NCBI GenBank assembly: GCA_031372825.1 | Contig: JANMLZ010000082.1 | Span: forward strand, 1 to 26,991 | Reading direction: 5' to 3' | Origin: Cyanobacteria bacterium OTE_58_metabat_593 | GTDB lineage: Bacteria > Cyanobacteriota > Cyanobacteriia > Cyanobacteriales > Microcoleaceae | Length of the DNA stretch: 26,991 nucleotides | Shown here: one piece after another, positions 16,431 to 24,636 of the stretch | How the letters are laid out: the number at the start of each line of letters is the position of its first letter | Position numbering within the stretch: position 1 is the first letter of the stretch | Notes under the pieces: generated by a model | The model's database searches: none | Told to the model about the DNA's origin: nothing | What the model saw: the letters and a program-made list of their open reading frames with translations, nothing else | Made by a program: the position numbers and the translations under genes

Positions 16431-16651
16431 TTAGCAAGTTCCCGCAGCGCATTTTTATACTTTTCGCTGACTTTCCTATAAGCTTTCATTGCTCGATCGA
16501 TTTCAGGATTGCAAGTATCGAGTTTAATGCCCTCATGAGTTTCTGTCAGGAAAAGACTATCTCCTTCACCGACATTGAGTTGTTGCAATACTTCTTCTGG
16601 CAGAGTTATTACGAAAGAGTCTCCAACTTTTTGAATTTTGACGGCGTACAT
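16427..16651 (-). CDS. AbrB/MazE/SpoVT-family antitoxin paired with Doc
   Basis: MYAVKIQKVGDSFVITLPEEVLQQLNVGEGDSLFL is a swapped-hairpin AbrB-type motif. An AGGTGA Shine-Dalgarno sequence precedes ATG 16651; the track start at 16702 is probably too long. Confidence 0.8.
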   Translation of the reverse strand: MYAVKIQKVGDSFVITLPEEVLQQLNVGEGDSLFLTETHEGIKLDTCNPEIDRAMKAYRKVSEKYKNALRELAK

Positions 16652-16750
16652 AGCATCACCTAAAAAGATCGCTTCTTTAATATTAACCGAATACGGCGGC
16701 AATGTTCAATCCCTTTCTCGATTAGTAACCTGCAATGTGAAATAGTAGTT

Positions 16751-17002
16751 TTACGCAACCTCTTCTAACTCAGGGATATGTTCAGATTCATAGTTTTCGA
16801 TTAAAATACCAATAACATCCATCATCGAAGCAAGAGGATGGCTTTCATTCTCACCGATTCGATCTGTCAGGCTATCTAGTAGTTCGACTAAACGCTCATA
16901 TTCCTGTTCCGTGTAAGGGACAAAAACTATTTTAGTAAGGGATGACCAAGCAGTAATTGTTTGTTCTAGATTAAGACTTTGCATTATTATTTCCGCTTTC
17001 AA
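16751..17002 (-). CDS. HigA-like antitoxin N-terminal domain only, no HTH (possibly truncated)
   Basis: TEQEYERLVELLDSLTDRIGENESHPLASMMDVIGILIENYESEHIP matches the helical N-terminal extension of long HigA/XRE antitoxins. The Cro/C1 HTH that normally follows is missing, and no toxin gene is adjacent. The start could be the Met at 16984. Confidence 0.5.
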   Translation of the reverse strand: MKAEIIMQSLNLEQTITAWSSLTKIVFVPYTEQEYERLVELLDSLTDRIGENESHPLASMMDVIGILIENYESEHIPELEEVA

Positions 17003-17014
17003 TAGTGTTGGTCA

Positions 17015-17071
17015 GGTGCGTCGCGATGAGATTGTCGATCGACTTTCAGGACTTTTCTGTGGCGACGCACC
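17015..17071. repeat. 10-bp inverted repeat hairpin GGTGCGTCGC ... GCGACGCACC (37-nt spacer)
   Basis: It lies directly 3' of ubiD on the minus strand. It could be a terminator or a small palindromic dispersed repeat. A related GGTGCAC motif occurs at 21205-21245. Confidence 0.5.
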
Positions 17072-17080
17072 CTACGACGA

Positions 17081-18589
17081 CTATTTCATCTCATACCCAA
17101 ACAAATTCGGATCGACTTCTCCCAAATTCAAATCAGCCAAACCATACTCAGCCCAACGCCGCTGAACCATCGCCGTCATATCAGGATCGGATTCCAAAGG
17201 TTTACCCCATTCGTGCTCAGTTTCCGGCGGCATCTTCGTAGTAGCATCAATCCCCATTCTGCCTCCCAAACCAAGCTTTTCACTGGCAAAATCTAACGTA
17301 TCAAAAGGCGTATTTGGCAAGATAAATACATCACGAACTGGGTCAACTTTAGAACTGATTGCCCAGACTACTTGACGCGGGTCGCGAATGTTGATACTTT
17401 TATCGACAACAATCACAAACTTAGTGTAAGTAAACTGTGGTAATGCACTCCAAAATGCTAAAGCAGCCCTTCGCGCTTGACCGGGATATGCTTTGTCGAT
17501 CGAGATAATTGCGGCTTTATAACTCAGCGCTTCCATCGGCAAGAAGAAATCGACAATTTCCGATACTTGCTGCCGTAAGATAGGAGTATAAATGCGATTC
17601 AGCGCGATCGCCATCATCGCTTCTTCTTTCGGTGGCCGCCCGCTAAATGTAGTCAGATAAATCGGGTCTTTGCGGTGCGTCATGCAATTGAATCGCACCA
17701 ACGGCGAATCTTCGACGCCGCCGTAATAACCCATGTGGTCGCCGAAGGGCCCGTCGGGTAAAACTTCACCGGGTGTAATCGTTCCTTCTAACACGATTTC
17801 CGAGTCCGCTGGTACTTCTAAATCTACGGTTTTGCACTTCGCCAACTGCACGCCGGAACCGCCGTAAAGTCCGGCGAATAACCATTCGGATAAATCTACA
17901 GGAATTGGGGTTGCTGCTGCGAGGATAATCAGGGGATCGACTCCCAGGGCGATCGCAACTTCCAACTTTTTACCAGCTTGTGCAGCTTTCCGCAAGTGCC
18001 GCGCCCCTCCCCGTACCGATAACCAGTGTACAGTCATCGTATTTTTTGACTGCAATTGCAATCGGTAAACGCCCACATTCGGCGTACCAGTTTCGCAATC
18101 TTTGGTAATGACTAAACCCAGGGTGATAATTTTGCCCGCATCTCCCGGATAGGGGCGAATCATCGGGATTTTGTTCAAATCCAGCCCTTCTCCCTCAAAT
18201 ACCACTTGCTGACAAGCTGGAAAGAAGTCGCGGCCTGGTTTGGCTTTCACTACGTCGAACAGCACTTTGCCAAATTCTATGGCTTGGGAAATCTTTTTCG
18301 GCGGTTTGGGCTGTTGTAGCATACCTAATTTTTTGCCGAGTTCTTCAAGTTCGATCGGCTTTTCCATGTTTAGCGCCCAGCAAACGCGCTGTTCCGTGCC
18401 CAACAGGTTAATCGCGACGGGGAATTCTGCCCCTTTGACGTTTTCAAACAGTAAGCCTGGCCCGCCTTTTTGCAGCATTTGGTTGGAAATTTCGGCAATT
18501 TCTAAGTCGGAATCGACTAAAGCGCTAATCCGGCGCAGTTGTCCCCGTTCTTCGAGTAGTTTGAGGAATCCTCGCAAGTCTCTAGCCAT
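17081..18589 (-). CDS. ubiD: UbiD-family (prenylated-FMN dependent) decarboxylase, 4-hydroxy-3-polyprenylbenzoate decarboxylase-like
   Basis: 502 aa beginning MARDLRGFLKLLEERGQLRRISALVDSDLEIAEI, with full-length UbiD-like sequence. Confidence 0.92.
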   Translation of the reverse strand: MARDLRGFLKLLEERGQLRRISALVDSDLEIAEISNQMLQKGGPGLLFENVKGAEFPVAINLLGTEQRVCWALNMEKPIELEELGKKLGMLQQPKPPKKISQAIEFGKVLFDVVKAKPGRDFFPACQQVVFEGEGLDLNKIPMIRPYPGDAGKIITLGLVITKDCETGTPNVGVYRLQLQSKNTMTVHWLSVRGGARHLRKAAQAGKKLEVAIALGVDPLIILAAATPIPVDLSEWLFAGLYGGSGVQLAKCKTVDLEVPADSEIVLEGTITPGEVLPDGPFGDHMGYYGGVEDSPLVRFNCMTHRKDPIYLTTFSGRPPKEEAMMAIALNRIYTPILRQQVSEIVDFFLPMEALSYKAAIISIDKAYPGQARRAALAFWSALPQFTYTKFVIVVDKSINIRDPRQVVWAISSKVDPVRDVFILPNTPFDTLDFASEKLGLGGRMGIDATTKMPPETEHEWGKPLESDPDMTAMVQRRWAEYGLADLNLGEVDPNLFGYEMK

Positions 18590-18699
18590 TTTTTTTAAGA
18601 ATTGTTAACGGTCTTTATTTATTATGAGGGGATCGACCGCCGCAAGTTAAGCTGCGATGATAAGTTAATCAAAAATCCCCGATACTCGTTCGATAGATT

Positions 18700-19863
18700 G
18701 TGAAAAATCCCCGGCGATCGCCCGATCGATCTCGCAAAAACGGTCGTTCTCGCAGCCAACAGTTTTATCCGCCTCAACTTAACCGCCAACAATTGTTTGA
18801 GGCTTTGCTACCGCCGTCTAGCAGCAGGTGCGGGGAAGGTGCTAGCGCCGACAAAAGCTCAGAGTGCGATCGGGGCATATCTATTTTGCTCCTAGACGCA
18901 GAAAACTTGAAACTTGACGTTAATGCTGAAAAATTTTTAGCCAGTCTGTGCTACTATCCCCTGCAAGTTAAAATTGCTTTTGCTAACTGGAAAAAGCCTA
19001 CTACGGGCAAGTTGGATGCTGAACTTTACGATCGCGGTTACGAACTAATTCACGTTCCGGGCGGTGCTAATAGTGCTGATGGTAAGATGATTGCCTTTGG
19101 CGCTGCTATTTTATATCGATATCCAGCGGTTAAACAAGTTTTTGTCTGTTCTTCGGATGGTTTGTTAAATCACCTCTGCAATCAATTGCAAAATCAGGGA
19201 TTGACTGTGTTTCGGGTGCGTAGGCAAAATGCTGTGTTGTCTGTAGAAAATCTTCTGACTGGTGATACTAATCACTATTCTTGCCAAAGGGAAGAGGAAG
19301 TCCCTAGTTTTGAAGAATTGGCTAATCAAATTGGTGAGTTTTTGAAGGCAGAACACAAATCTATTGATGAGCGGATAGCTCGATTTTCGAGTGTTGCTGA
19401 GCTTTTTCAAGAGCGCCGGACTGTTGCTTTCAATTCTACATCCCATGTAGCAGCACTGTCGGAATCAGGAGAAAACGAAGTTAATGTGGCTGAAGTATCT
19501 TTGGATTCTGTTGCTGCCAATCAAAATTTGCTCGAAATAATTCCAGATCTAAATTCAAATCCTATTGAGTCGCTGGATGTTTTAAAGAATATACTTGTGC
19601 AAATAATTGAAAGTGCAAAACTTGAGTTAAAAGAGGATGCTATTCCTGTCTCTAAAATTAAGAAAGATTTCTTTGCTAAATATCAGTCTCATGCAGATTT
19701 TATTGTAAAAAAAATCTTGGGTAATAGTTCTAGTCTAATCAAATTTTTGCAGTCGGAATCGGCGACTTTTAAAGTAGTATTAATCGGGAGCGAACATCAA
19801 GTGGCGATCTCTCAAAAACCATCGGCGTCAAAAATTGACTCATCTGCTGCCTTGGAAGCATAG
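18700..19863 (+). CDS. NYN (PIN-like) domain protein with a probable C-terminal OST-HTH/LOTUS domain
   Basis: ILLLDAENL ... ELIHVPGGANSADGKMI ... VFVCSSDGLLNHL fits the NYN/LabA-like fold. The C-terminal roughly 80 aa (AIPVSKIKKDFFAKYQ...LIKFLQSESATFKVV) is OST-HTH-like. The start is a GTG and is uncertain. Confidence 0.75.
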   Translation: MKNPRRSPDRSRKNGRSRSQQFYPPQLNRQQLFEALLPPSSSRCGEGASADKSSECDRGISILLLDAENLKLDVNAEKFLASLCYYPLQVKIAFANWKKPTTGKLDAELYDRGYELIHVPGGANSADGKMIAFGAAILYRYPAVKQVFVCSSDGLLNHLCNQLQNQGLTVFRVRRQNAVLSVENLLTGDTNHYSCQREEEVPSFEELANQIGEFLKAEHKSIDERIARFSSVAELFQERRTVAFNSTSHVAALSESGENEVNVAEVSLDSVAANQNLLEIIPDLNSNPIESLDVLKNILVQIIESAKLELKEDAIPVSKIKKDFFAKYQSHADFIVKKILGNSSSLIKFLQSESATFKVVLIGSEHQVAISQKPSASKIDSSAALEA

Positions 19864-19930
19864 GTTACAAAAATCGTTAATCGCACGTGCAATAACTCCA
19901 ATAGCTCTGGCAGCAGCTAACCGCCAATAA

Positions 19931-20019
19931 CTTAATCTAATGTTAACCAAAATTTAAACTAAGCTTATTTTTAAATTATTTAACCTACTTTTAACCAAAA
20001 TTTAAAACAAGCTTATTCT
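19931..20019 (+). promoter_or_regulatory. Two tandem arrays of Pho boxes (SphR/PhoB sites) upstream of pstS
   Basis: PyTTAAPyPy(T/A)-like octamers occur at exact 11-bp phasing. Array 1 is at 19931, 19942, 19953 and 19964. Array 2 is at 19979, 19990, 20001 and 20012. The two arrays are a 48-bp tandem duplication. Confidence 0.6.
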
Positions 20020-20102
20020 TTTATATGCCTTTCCTTGGGAGTTTCAGTCTATCCTATGGAGGAGATTTGCAAAGCCTGCTATTTATATTGAGGACGAGGA
20101 GT

Positions 20103-21131
20103 ATGAATTTCTTCACTGCACGTTGGCGACGTAGTTTTATAGTGACACTAGCAGCAGCAGCATTTTCGCTGACTTTGATTAGTTCCGCTGTAGCTGCCGT
20201 CACACTAAATGGTTCGGGGGCCACTTTTCCTAAACCCCTTTACGATCGCTACTTCTCTCAGATGAGAAGTGCAAATCAAATTACTGTGAACTACGAAGGA
20301 ACCGGCAGTGGTGCTGGGATCAAAGCATTAATTGCAGGCACTGTTGACTTTGCAGGTAGCGACGCGCTGATGACGGCGGCGCAAATCGCTGAAGTCAAAC
20401 GAGGCGTTATTGCAGTTCCAACTGCTGGTGGCGCTGTTGCGGTTGTTTACAACTTGCCTGGAGTAAACAATCTGAGGCTAAATAACGATGCCATGAAAGG
20501 CATCTTTGAAGGTAAAATTACTCGCTGGAATGATGCTAAAATCGCTGGAATTGCTGGACAAGCTAAAAACTTGCCAAATACTGCGGTTAGAGTAGCTGTA
20601 CGGGCAGATAGTAGTGGTACTACCTTTATTTTTGCTAACCATTTGCAGGCGACTGGTAGCACCGTTAAGGCTGCCGCTCAACCGAGTTGGCCAGGAAGCC
20701 CTGTCAGCGGTCAAGGAAACGCCGGCGTAGCTGGTTTGGTAAAGCAAACAGCGGGTGCGATCGGCTACGTTCAAGATACCTATGCTCGGCAAAACAATCT
20801 CCAAACAGCATTTATTCAAAATAAAGTTGGCCGGTTTGTAGATCCTAGCTTGGCAGAAGCCGAAAAAGCTTTTGCAGGGGAAACATTCCCAGCAGACTTC
20901 CGCTTAGTAGAAGGCAATCCTAACGACGGTTATCCGATTGTTGGTTTAACTTGGTTGTTAATCTACAAACAGTATCCTGCTGCGAAAGCAGATGCTGTTA
21001 AAAAAATGGTTAATTGGGTGATGACTACAGGTCAAGGTATCAACAAATCCCTAGAGTTTACTCAAATTCCGACCGCTACAGCTCAGAAGGTGATTCAAAC
21101 AGTTAATCAGAGTGTGGTTGCCAGAGGTTAA
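20103..21131 (+). CDS. pstS: Phosphate ABC transporter substrate-binding protein
   Basis: Signal peptide MNFFTARWRRSFIVTLAAAAFSLTLISSAVAA, then LNGSGATFPKPLY ... YEGTGSGAGI, which is PstS-like. The track start at 20025 would place coding sequence directly on the Pho boxes, so ATG 20103 is preferred. Confidence 0.9.
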   Translation: MNFFTARWRRSFIVTLAAAAFSLTLISSAVAAVTLNGSGATFPKPLYDRYFSQMRSANQITVNYEGTGSGAGIKALIAGTVDFAGSDALMTAAQIAEVKRGVIAVPTAGGAVAVVYNLPGVNNLRLNNDAMKGIFEGKITRWNDAKIAGIAGQAKNLPNTAVRVAVRADSSGTTFIFANHLQATGSTVKAAAQPSWPGSPVSGQGNAGVAGLVKQTAGAIGYVQDTYARQNNLQTAFIQNKVGRFVDPSLAEAEKAFAGETFPADFRLVEGNPNDGYPIVGLTWLLIYKQYPAAKADAVKKMVNWVMTTGQGINKSLEFTQIPTATAQKVIQTVNQSVVARG

Positions 21132-21204
21132 TCTGGGCGATCGCAGGGAGTTATGAGTTTGTGAGTTAAATGTATGACTCAAAACTTATAACTTCAAAGT
21201 TTAA

Positions 21205-21245
21205 GGTGCACTACATTTACTGGGTTGAGGGGCGCACGGTGCACC
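21205..21245 (+). terminator. Intercistronic stem-loop between pstS and pstC (possible attenuator)
   Basis: GGTGCAC (21205-21211) pairs with GTGCACC (21239-21245). No clear T-run follows. Confidence 0.25.
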
Positions 21246-21311
21246 CTAACAGCCTATTAAAATTATTCGTCTTTCAAGCAAATATTTCGATTTTTACGCA
21301 ATAATTCCGGT

Positions 21312-22313
21312 ATGACCAATCCATCAAAAAAACCGAAAAAATTGACTCGGCAATCGGCAGAAATAAACACAGCACTAGACTTGACAGATACCAAGGGTGA
21401 AGGTTTATGGATGGAGTCAGCATTTACACTATTGGTATGGGCTTTTGCCTTAGCGACAGCGGGTACGCTGTTCTGGATGAGCTGGATAATTTTTAAAGAT
21501 GCTTGGCCAGCGATCGGCAAATTTGGACTCTCATTCTTGTGGAATGCTAAGTGGGATATCGGTGAGTTGCAGTTTGGGGCTTTGCCGTTTATTTACGGTA
21601 CTGTGATTAGTTCTGCGATCGGCATAATCATCGCCCTTCCTTTGGGGCTGTCAGTAGCGATCGTTACTAGCGAGAACTTCTTACCGCCTTGGGTGCGATC
21701 GCCCTTGGGATTCATGGTTGAATTAATCTCAGCAATTCCCAGCGTGATAGTTGGACTGTGGGGAATCTTCGTTTTGATTCCCTTTTTACTACCCTTACAG
21801 CAGTCTTTATTCAATAATTTCAGTTGGTTTCCCCTGTTTAGCAGCGAACCTTTAGGCCCGGGAATGCTGCCAGCGGGAATACTGTTAGCGATTATGATTT
21901 TGCCAACAGTAGCTGCCATCAGCCGCGATGTATTGATGTCAGTTCCAGTAGATTTGCGAAGTGCTTCAATGTCTCTCGGCGCAACCCGTTGGGAAACGAT
22001 ATTTAAGCTGTTATTGCCAGCAGCTAGTTCCGGCATTATCGGAGCTACCATCTTAGCCTTGGGACGTGCTTTAGGCGAAACAATGGCCGTCACAATGGTG
22101 ATTGGTAACTCAATTCAAATCAACAAATCGCTGCTAGCTCCCAGCTACTCAATTCCCGCTGTTTTGGCAAGTCAATTTCGGGAAGCTCTCGAACCGCTGC
22201 ATATCGGCGCTTTGATGTATTTAGCCCTAATTCTATTTGTCATCACTCTGTTGGTGAATGCGATCGCAGTATTGCTAGTTCAGCTAATCGGCGTCAAGGG
22301 AGCTAAGAATTAA
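21312..22313 (+). CDS. pstC: Phosphate ABC transporter permease PstC
   Basis: Polytopic membrane protein with an EAA-like loop (LGRALGETMAV), positioned between pstS and pstA. Confidence 0.9.
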   Translation: MTNPSKKPKKLTRQSAEINTALDLTDTKGEGLWMESAFTLLVWAFALATAGTLFWMSWIIFKDAWPAIGKFGLSFLWNAKWDIGELQFGALPFIYGTVISSAIGIIIALPLGLSVAIVTSENFLPPWVRSPLGFMVELISAIPSVIVGLWGIFVLIPFLLPLQQSLFNNFSWFPLFSSEPLGPGMLPAGILLAIMILPTVAAISRDVLMSVPVDLRSASMSLGATRWETIFKLLLPAASSGIIGATILALGRALGETMAVTMVIGNSIQINKSLLAPSYSIPAVLASQFREALEPLHIGALMYLALILFVITLLVNAIAVLLVQLIGVKGAKN

Positions 22314-22315
22314 AA

Positions 22316-23296
22316 ATGTCTCAAGCACAAAATTCACACAGCATTTTCGATGCTGAAATTTACAAACCCCTATCGTTTACCCGCAGTTTTTTTAGCCAAG
22401 GAATGACAGTTATTGCCTTTGCTTTTACAGCTCTGGCACTGCTCCCTTTGTTTGCTATCTTATACCAAATTCTGGGGGAAGGACTAACACACTTGAGTTG
22501 GGAAGTGCTAGTGTCTCTACCAGCACCAGTTGGAGTTGAAGACCAGCCCAACGGCTTTGCAAATGCGATTCTCGGCACTGCTTTAATGGTAGGAATTGCT
22601 ACATTATTCAGCGTGCCAATCGGCGTAATGACCGGAATATTTCTATCTGAGTTTGGTAGAGAAAATAAAGGACTCGCCAATAGCATTCGCTTTATTACCG
22701 TCATTCTCAGTAGCGTTCCCTCGATCGTAGTTGGCGTCTTTTCTTACGCCCTAATTGTAGTTACAACCAAAGTATTTTCATCACTAGCAGGCGGTTTTGC
22801 CCTCGGCATCATCATGCTGCCAGTTGTGGCATTGACAACAGAACAAGCATTAAAATTAGTGCCTACTTCCTACCGTCTCGCTTCTGCTGGTTTGGGAGGC
22901 GGACGCTTTCAAACGATGTTTCGGGTGATTATACCATCAGCACTCCCAACTATTACCACAGGTGTTTTACTGGCTGCTTCTCGGGCCGCCGGCGAAACCG
23001 CACCGCTGATTGTAACTGCGTTGTCAAGTCAATTTTGGCCTCCTTTAGTTGATAAATTGGGCGAGATTATGCAGTCTCCCGTTGGTTCAGAAACCATCTC
23101 AAGACTCAAAGAAATTCCAGAGACACTGCTGACTCCGACTCCTTCCATGTCAGTATTAATTTATGGCTATGCTAGCTCTCCCTACAAGGAGCAGAACGAA
23201 TTAGCGTGGACGGCCGCTTCTGTTCTTTTGGGTATGGTTTTGATTACTAGCGTTATATCCCGCACAGTCACTCGGAAACGTTTACAAGATCGATAG
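22316..23296 (+). CDS. pstA: Phosphate ABC transporter permease PstA
   Basis: Polytopic membrane protein containing ASRAAGETAPL, positioned between pstC and pstB. Confidence 0.9.
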   Translation: MSQAQNSHSIFDAEIYKPLSFTRSFFSQGMTVIAFAFTALALLPLFAILYQILGEGLTHLSWEVLVSLPAPVGVEDQPNGFANAILGTALMVGIATLFSVPIGVMTGIFLSEFGRENKGLANSIRFITVILSSVPSIVVGVFSYALIVVTTKVFSSLAGGFALGIIMLPVVALTTEQALKLVPTSYRLASAGLGGGRFQTMFRVIIPSALPTITTGVLLAASRAAGETAPLIVTALSSQFWPPLVDKLGEIMQSPVGSETISRLKEIPETLLTPTPSMSVLIYGYASSPYKEQNELAWTAASVLLGMVLITSVISRTVTRKRLQDR

Positions 23297-23360
23297 CTCA
23301 ATAATTCAAGTGCATCTATTAGTCAAATAGTCAAGTGTTAACACTATAACCAGGCAAATA

Positions 23361-24212
23361 ATGAAACCTAAAGCTAACTTGAAAGCCGAAAAGTATACAG
23401 AGCAATTCCTTGAAGATTCTACCCCGGAAATTGACCCCAATGCAATGCCAGCACTGCGGGTTCAAGACTTGAGTTTTTCCTACGGAACTCATAAAGTCCT
23501 AGAAAATTTATCGATGAATATTCCTCACCCGCAAGTAACGGCGATTATTGGCCCTTCAGGTTGCGGAAAATCCACTTTTCTCAAAGCTCTCAACCGGATT
23601 GGTGAATTGGAGGGAAAAGTTAAAATAGAAGGAAGAGTAGAGTTTTTTGGACAGGATATCTACAGCCCGAAAGTAAACATTAATAGTTTGCGCCGTCAAA
23701 TGGGAATGGTGTTTCAAAGACCGAATCCTTTTCCGCTGAGCATCTACGATAATATTGCTTACGGGGTCAGGATTTTTGGCCGCAAAAGCAAAGCAGAATT
23801 AGATGAGATTGTGGAATCTGCTCTAAAAAGTGCGGCGCTTTGGAATGAAGTCAAAGATAGTTTGAATAAATCAGCCCAGGGAATTTCGGGGGGACAGCAG
23901 CAGCGACTTTGCATTGCTCGCGCTTTGGCTGTGAAGCCAAAAGTTTTGTTAATGGATGAGCCTTGTTCGGCTCTCGATCCGATTTCTACGATGAAGATTG
24001 AGGAGTTATTTCAGACTTTGCGGCAACAGTTGACTGTGGTGATTGTAACGCACAATATGCAGCAGGCGGCTCGTGTTTCTGATTACACGGCATTTTTTAA
24101 TACTGATGAAAGTCGCATCGGCCGGATGGTAGAATTCGGGCCGACAAGTAAGATTTTTACTTCTGCTAGTAATGAGAGCACCAGGGATTATATTCAAGGC
24201 CGTTTCGGCTAA
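23361..24212 (+). CDS. pstB: Phosphate ABC transporter ATP-binding protein PstB
   Basis: GPSGCGKSTFLKALNR, ISGGQQQRLCIARALAVKPKVLLMDEPCSALDP and VTHNMQQAARVSD. Confidence 0.95.
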   Translation: MKPKANLKAEKYTEQFLEDSTPEIDPNAMPALRVQDLSFSYGTHKVLENLSMNIPHPQVTAIIGPSGCGKSTFLKALNRIGELEGKVKIEGRVEFFGQDIYSPKVNINSLRRQMGMVFQRPNPFPLSIYDNIAYGVRIFGRKSKAELDEIVESALKSAALWNEVKDSLNKSAQGISGGQQQRLCIARALAVKPKVLLMDEPCSALDPISTMKIEELFQTLRQQLTVVIVTHNMQQAARVSDYTAFFNTDESRIGRMVEFGPTSKIFTSASNESTRDYIQGRFG

Positions 24213-24453
24213 TACTTACATCTTGAACCTCTTTCAGAACAGGCTTTCCGGCCTGTTCCACAACAGACAAATATTTTTGTGGAGGAGGCAAAATGCCTGC
24301 TATAGTTATGTCTTCACGACTGCGGAAGCGAGAGTTAAGCGTTTTCGGCGCTACTGAAGCAGTGCAGGATTGCCCGGATGTTTTCAACCATTTCTGTCTC
24401 TGGACTAAGGTTTGCGTGACCCGATACCACGAGTTCACACTGGTTTTGCTCGC

Positions 24454-24485
24454 AGTTAACAGTTAACTGTTAACTGTTAACTGTT
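24454..24485. repeat. Tandem heptanucleotide repeat (A/T)GTTAAC, four copies plus a partial one (STRR-like)
   Basis: AGTTAAC AGTTAAC TGTTAAC TGTTAAC TGTT. Each unit contains the GTTAAC palindrome. Confidence 0.6.
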
Positions 24486-24532
24486 TGAACAATACCGATG
24501 CAACCGGAAACGATATCAAATCCACTCGCGAT

Positions 24533-24633
24533 AGGACTTACGCACTCAAACGAAATCTCGTTGTTCTCAGCGTCAGTAGAGAAGCTGAAAGCCTCATTCT
24601 AACGTTGCTGAGCTGGCTGAGTGCGTAAGTCCT
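24533..24633. repeat. MITE-like element with perfect 16-bp terminal inverted repeats
   Basis: AGGACTTACGCACTCA (24533-24548) pairs with TGAGTGCGTAAGTCCT (24618-24633). A nested repeat CTCAGC...GCTGAG lies inside. It sits 3 nt after the stop of the crystallin-repeat gene and may act as its terminator. Confidence 0.6.
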
Positions 24634-24636
24634 AGA

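Noticed and set aside
17005-17241. 78-aa plus-strand ORF
   Set aside because: It starts inside the inverted-repeat hairpin and runs antisense to the ubiD 3' end, with a Pro/Thr/Ser-rich shadow translation.
24166-24438. 90-aa minus-strand ORF whose C-terminal part (ITIAGILPPPQKYLSVVEQAGK) faintly resembles the HicA toxin C-terminus
   Set aside because: It overlaps the 3' end of pstB by 47 nt. The N-terminal half lacks the HicA GSH/KHP core. The similarity is short and by eye only. At best it is a decayed remnant.
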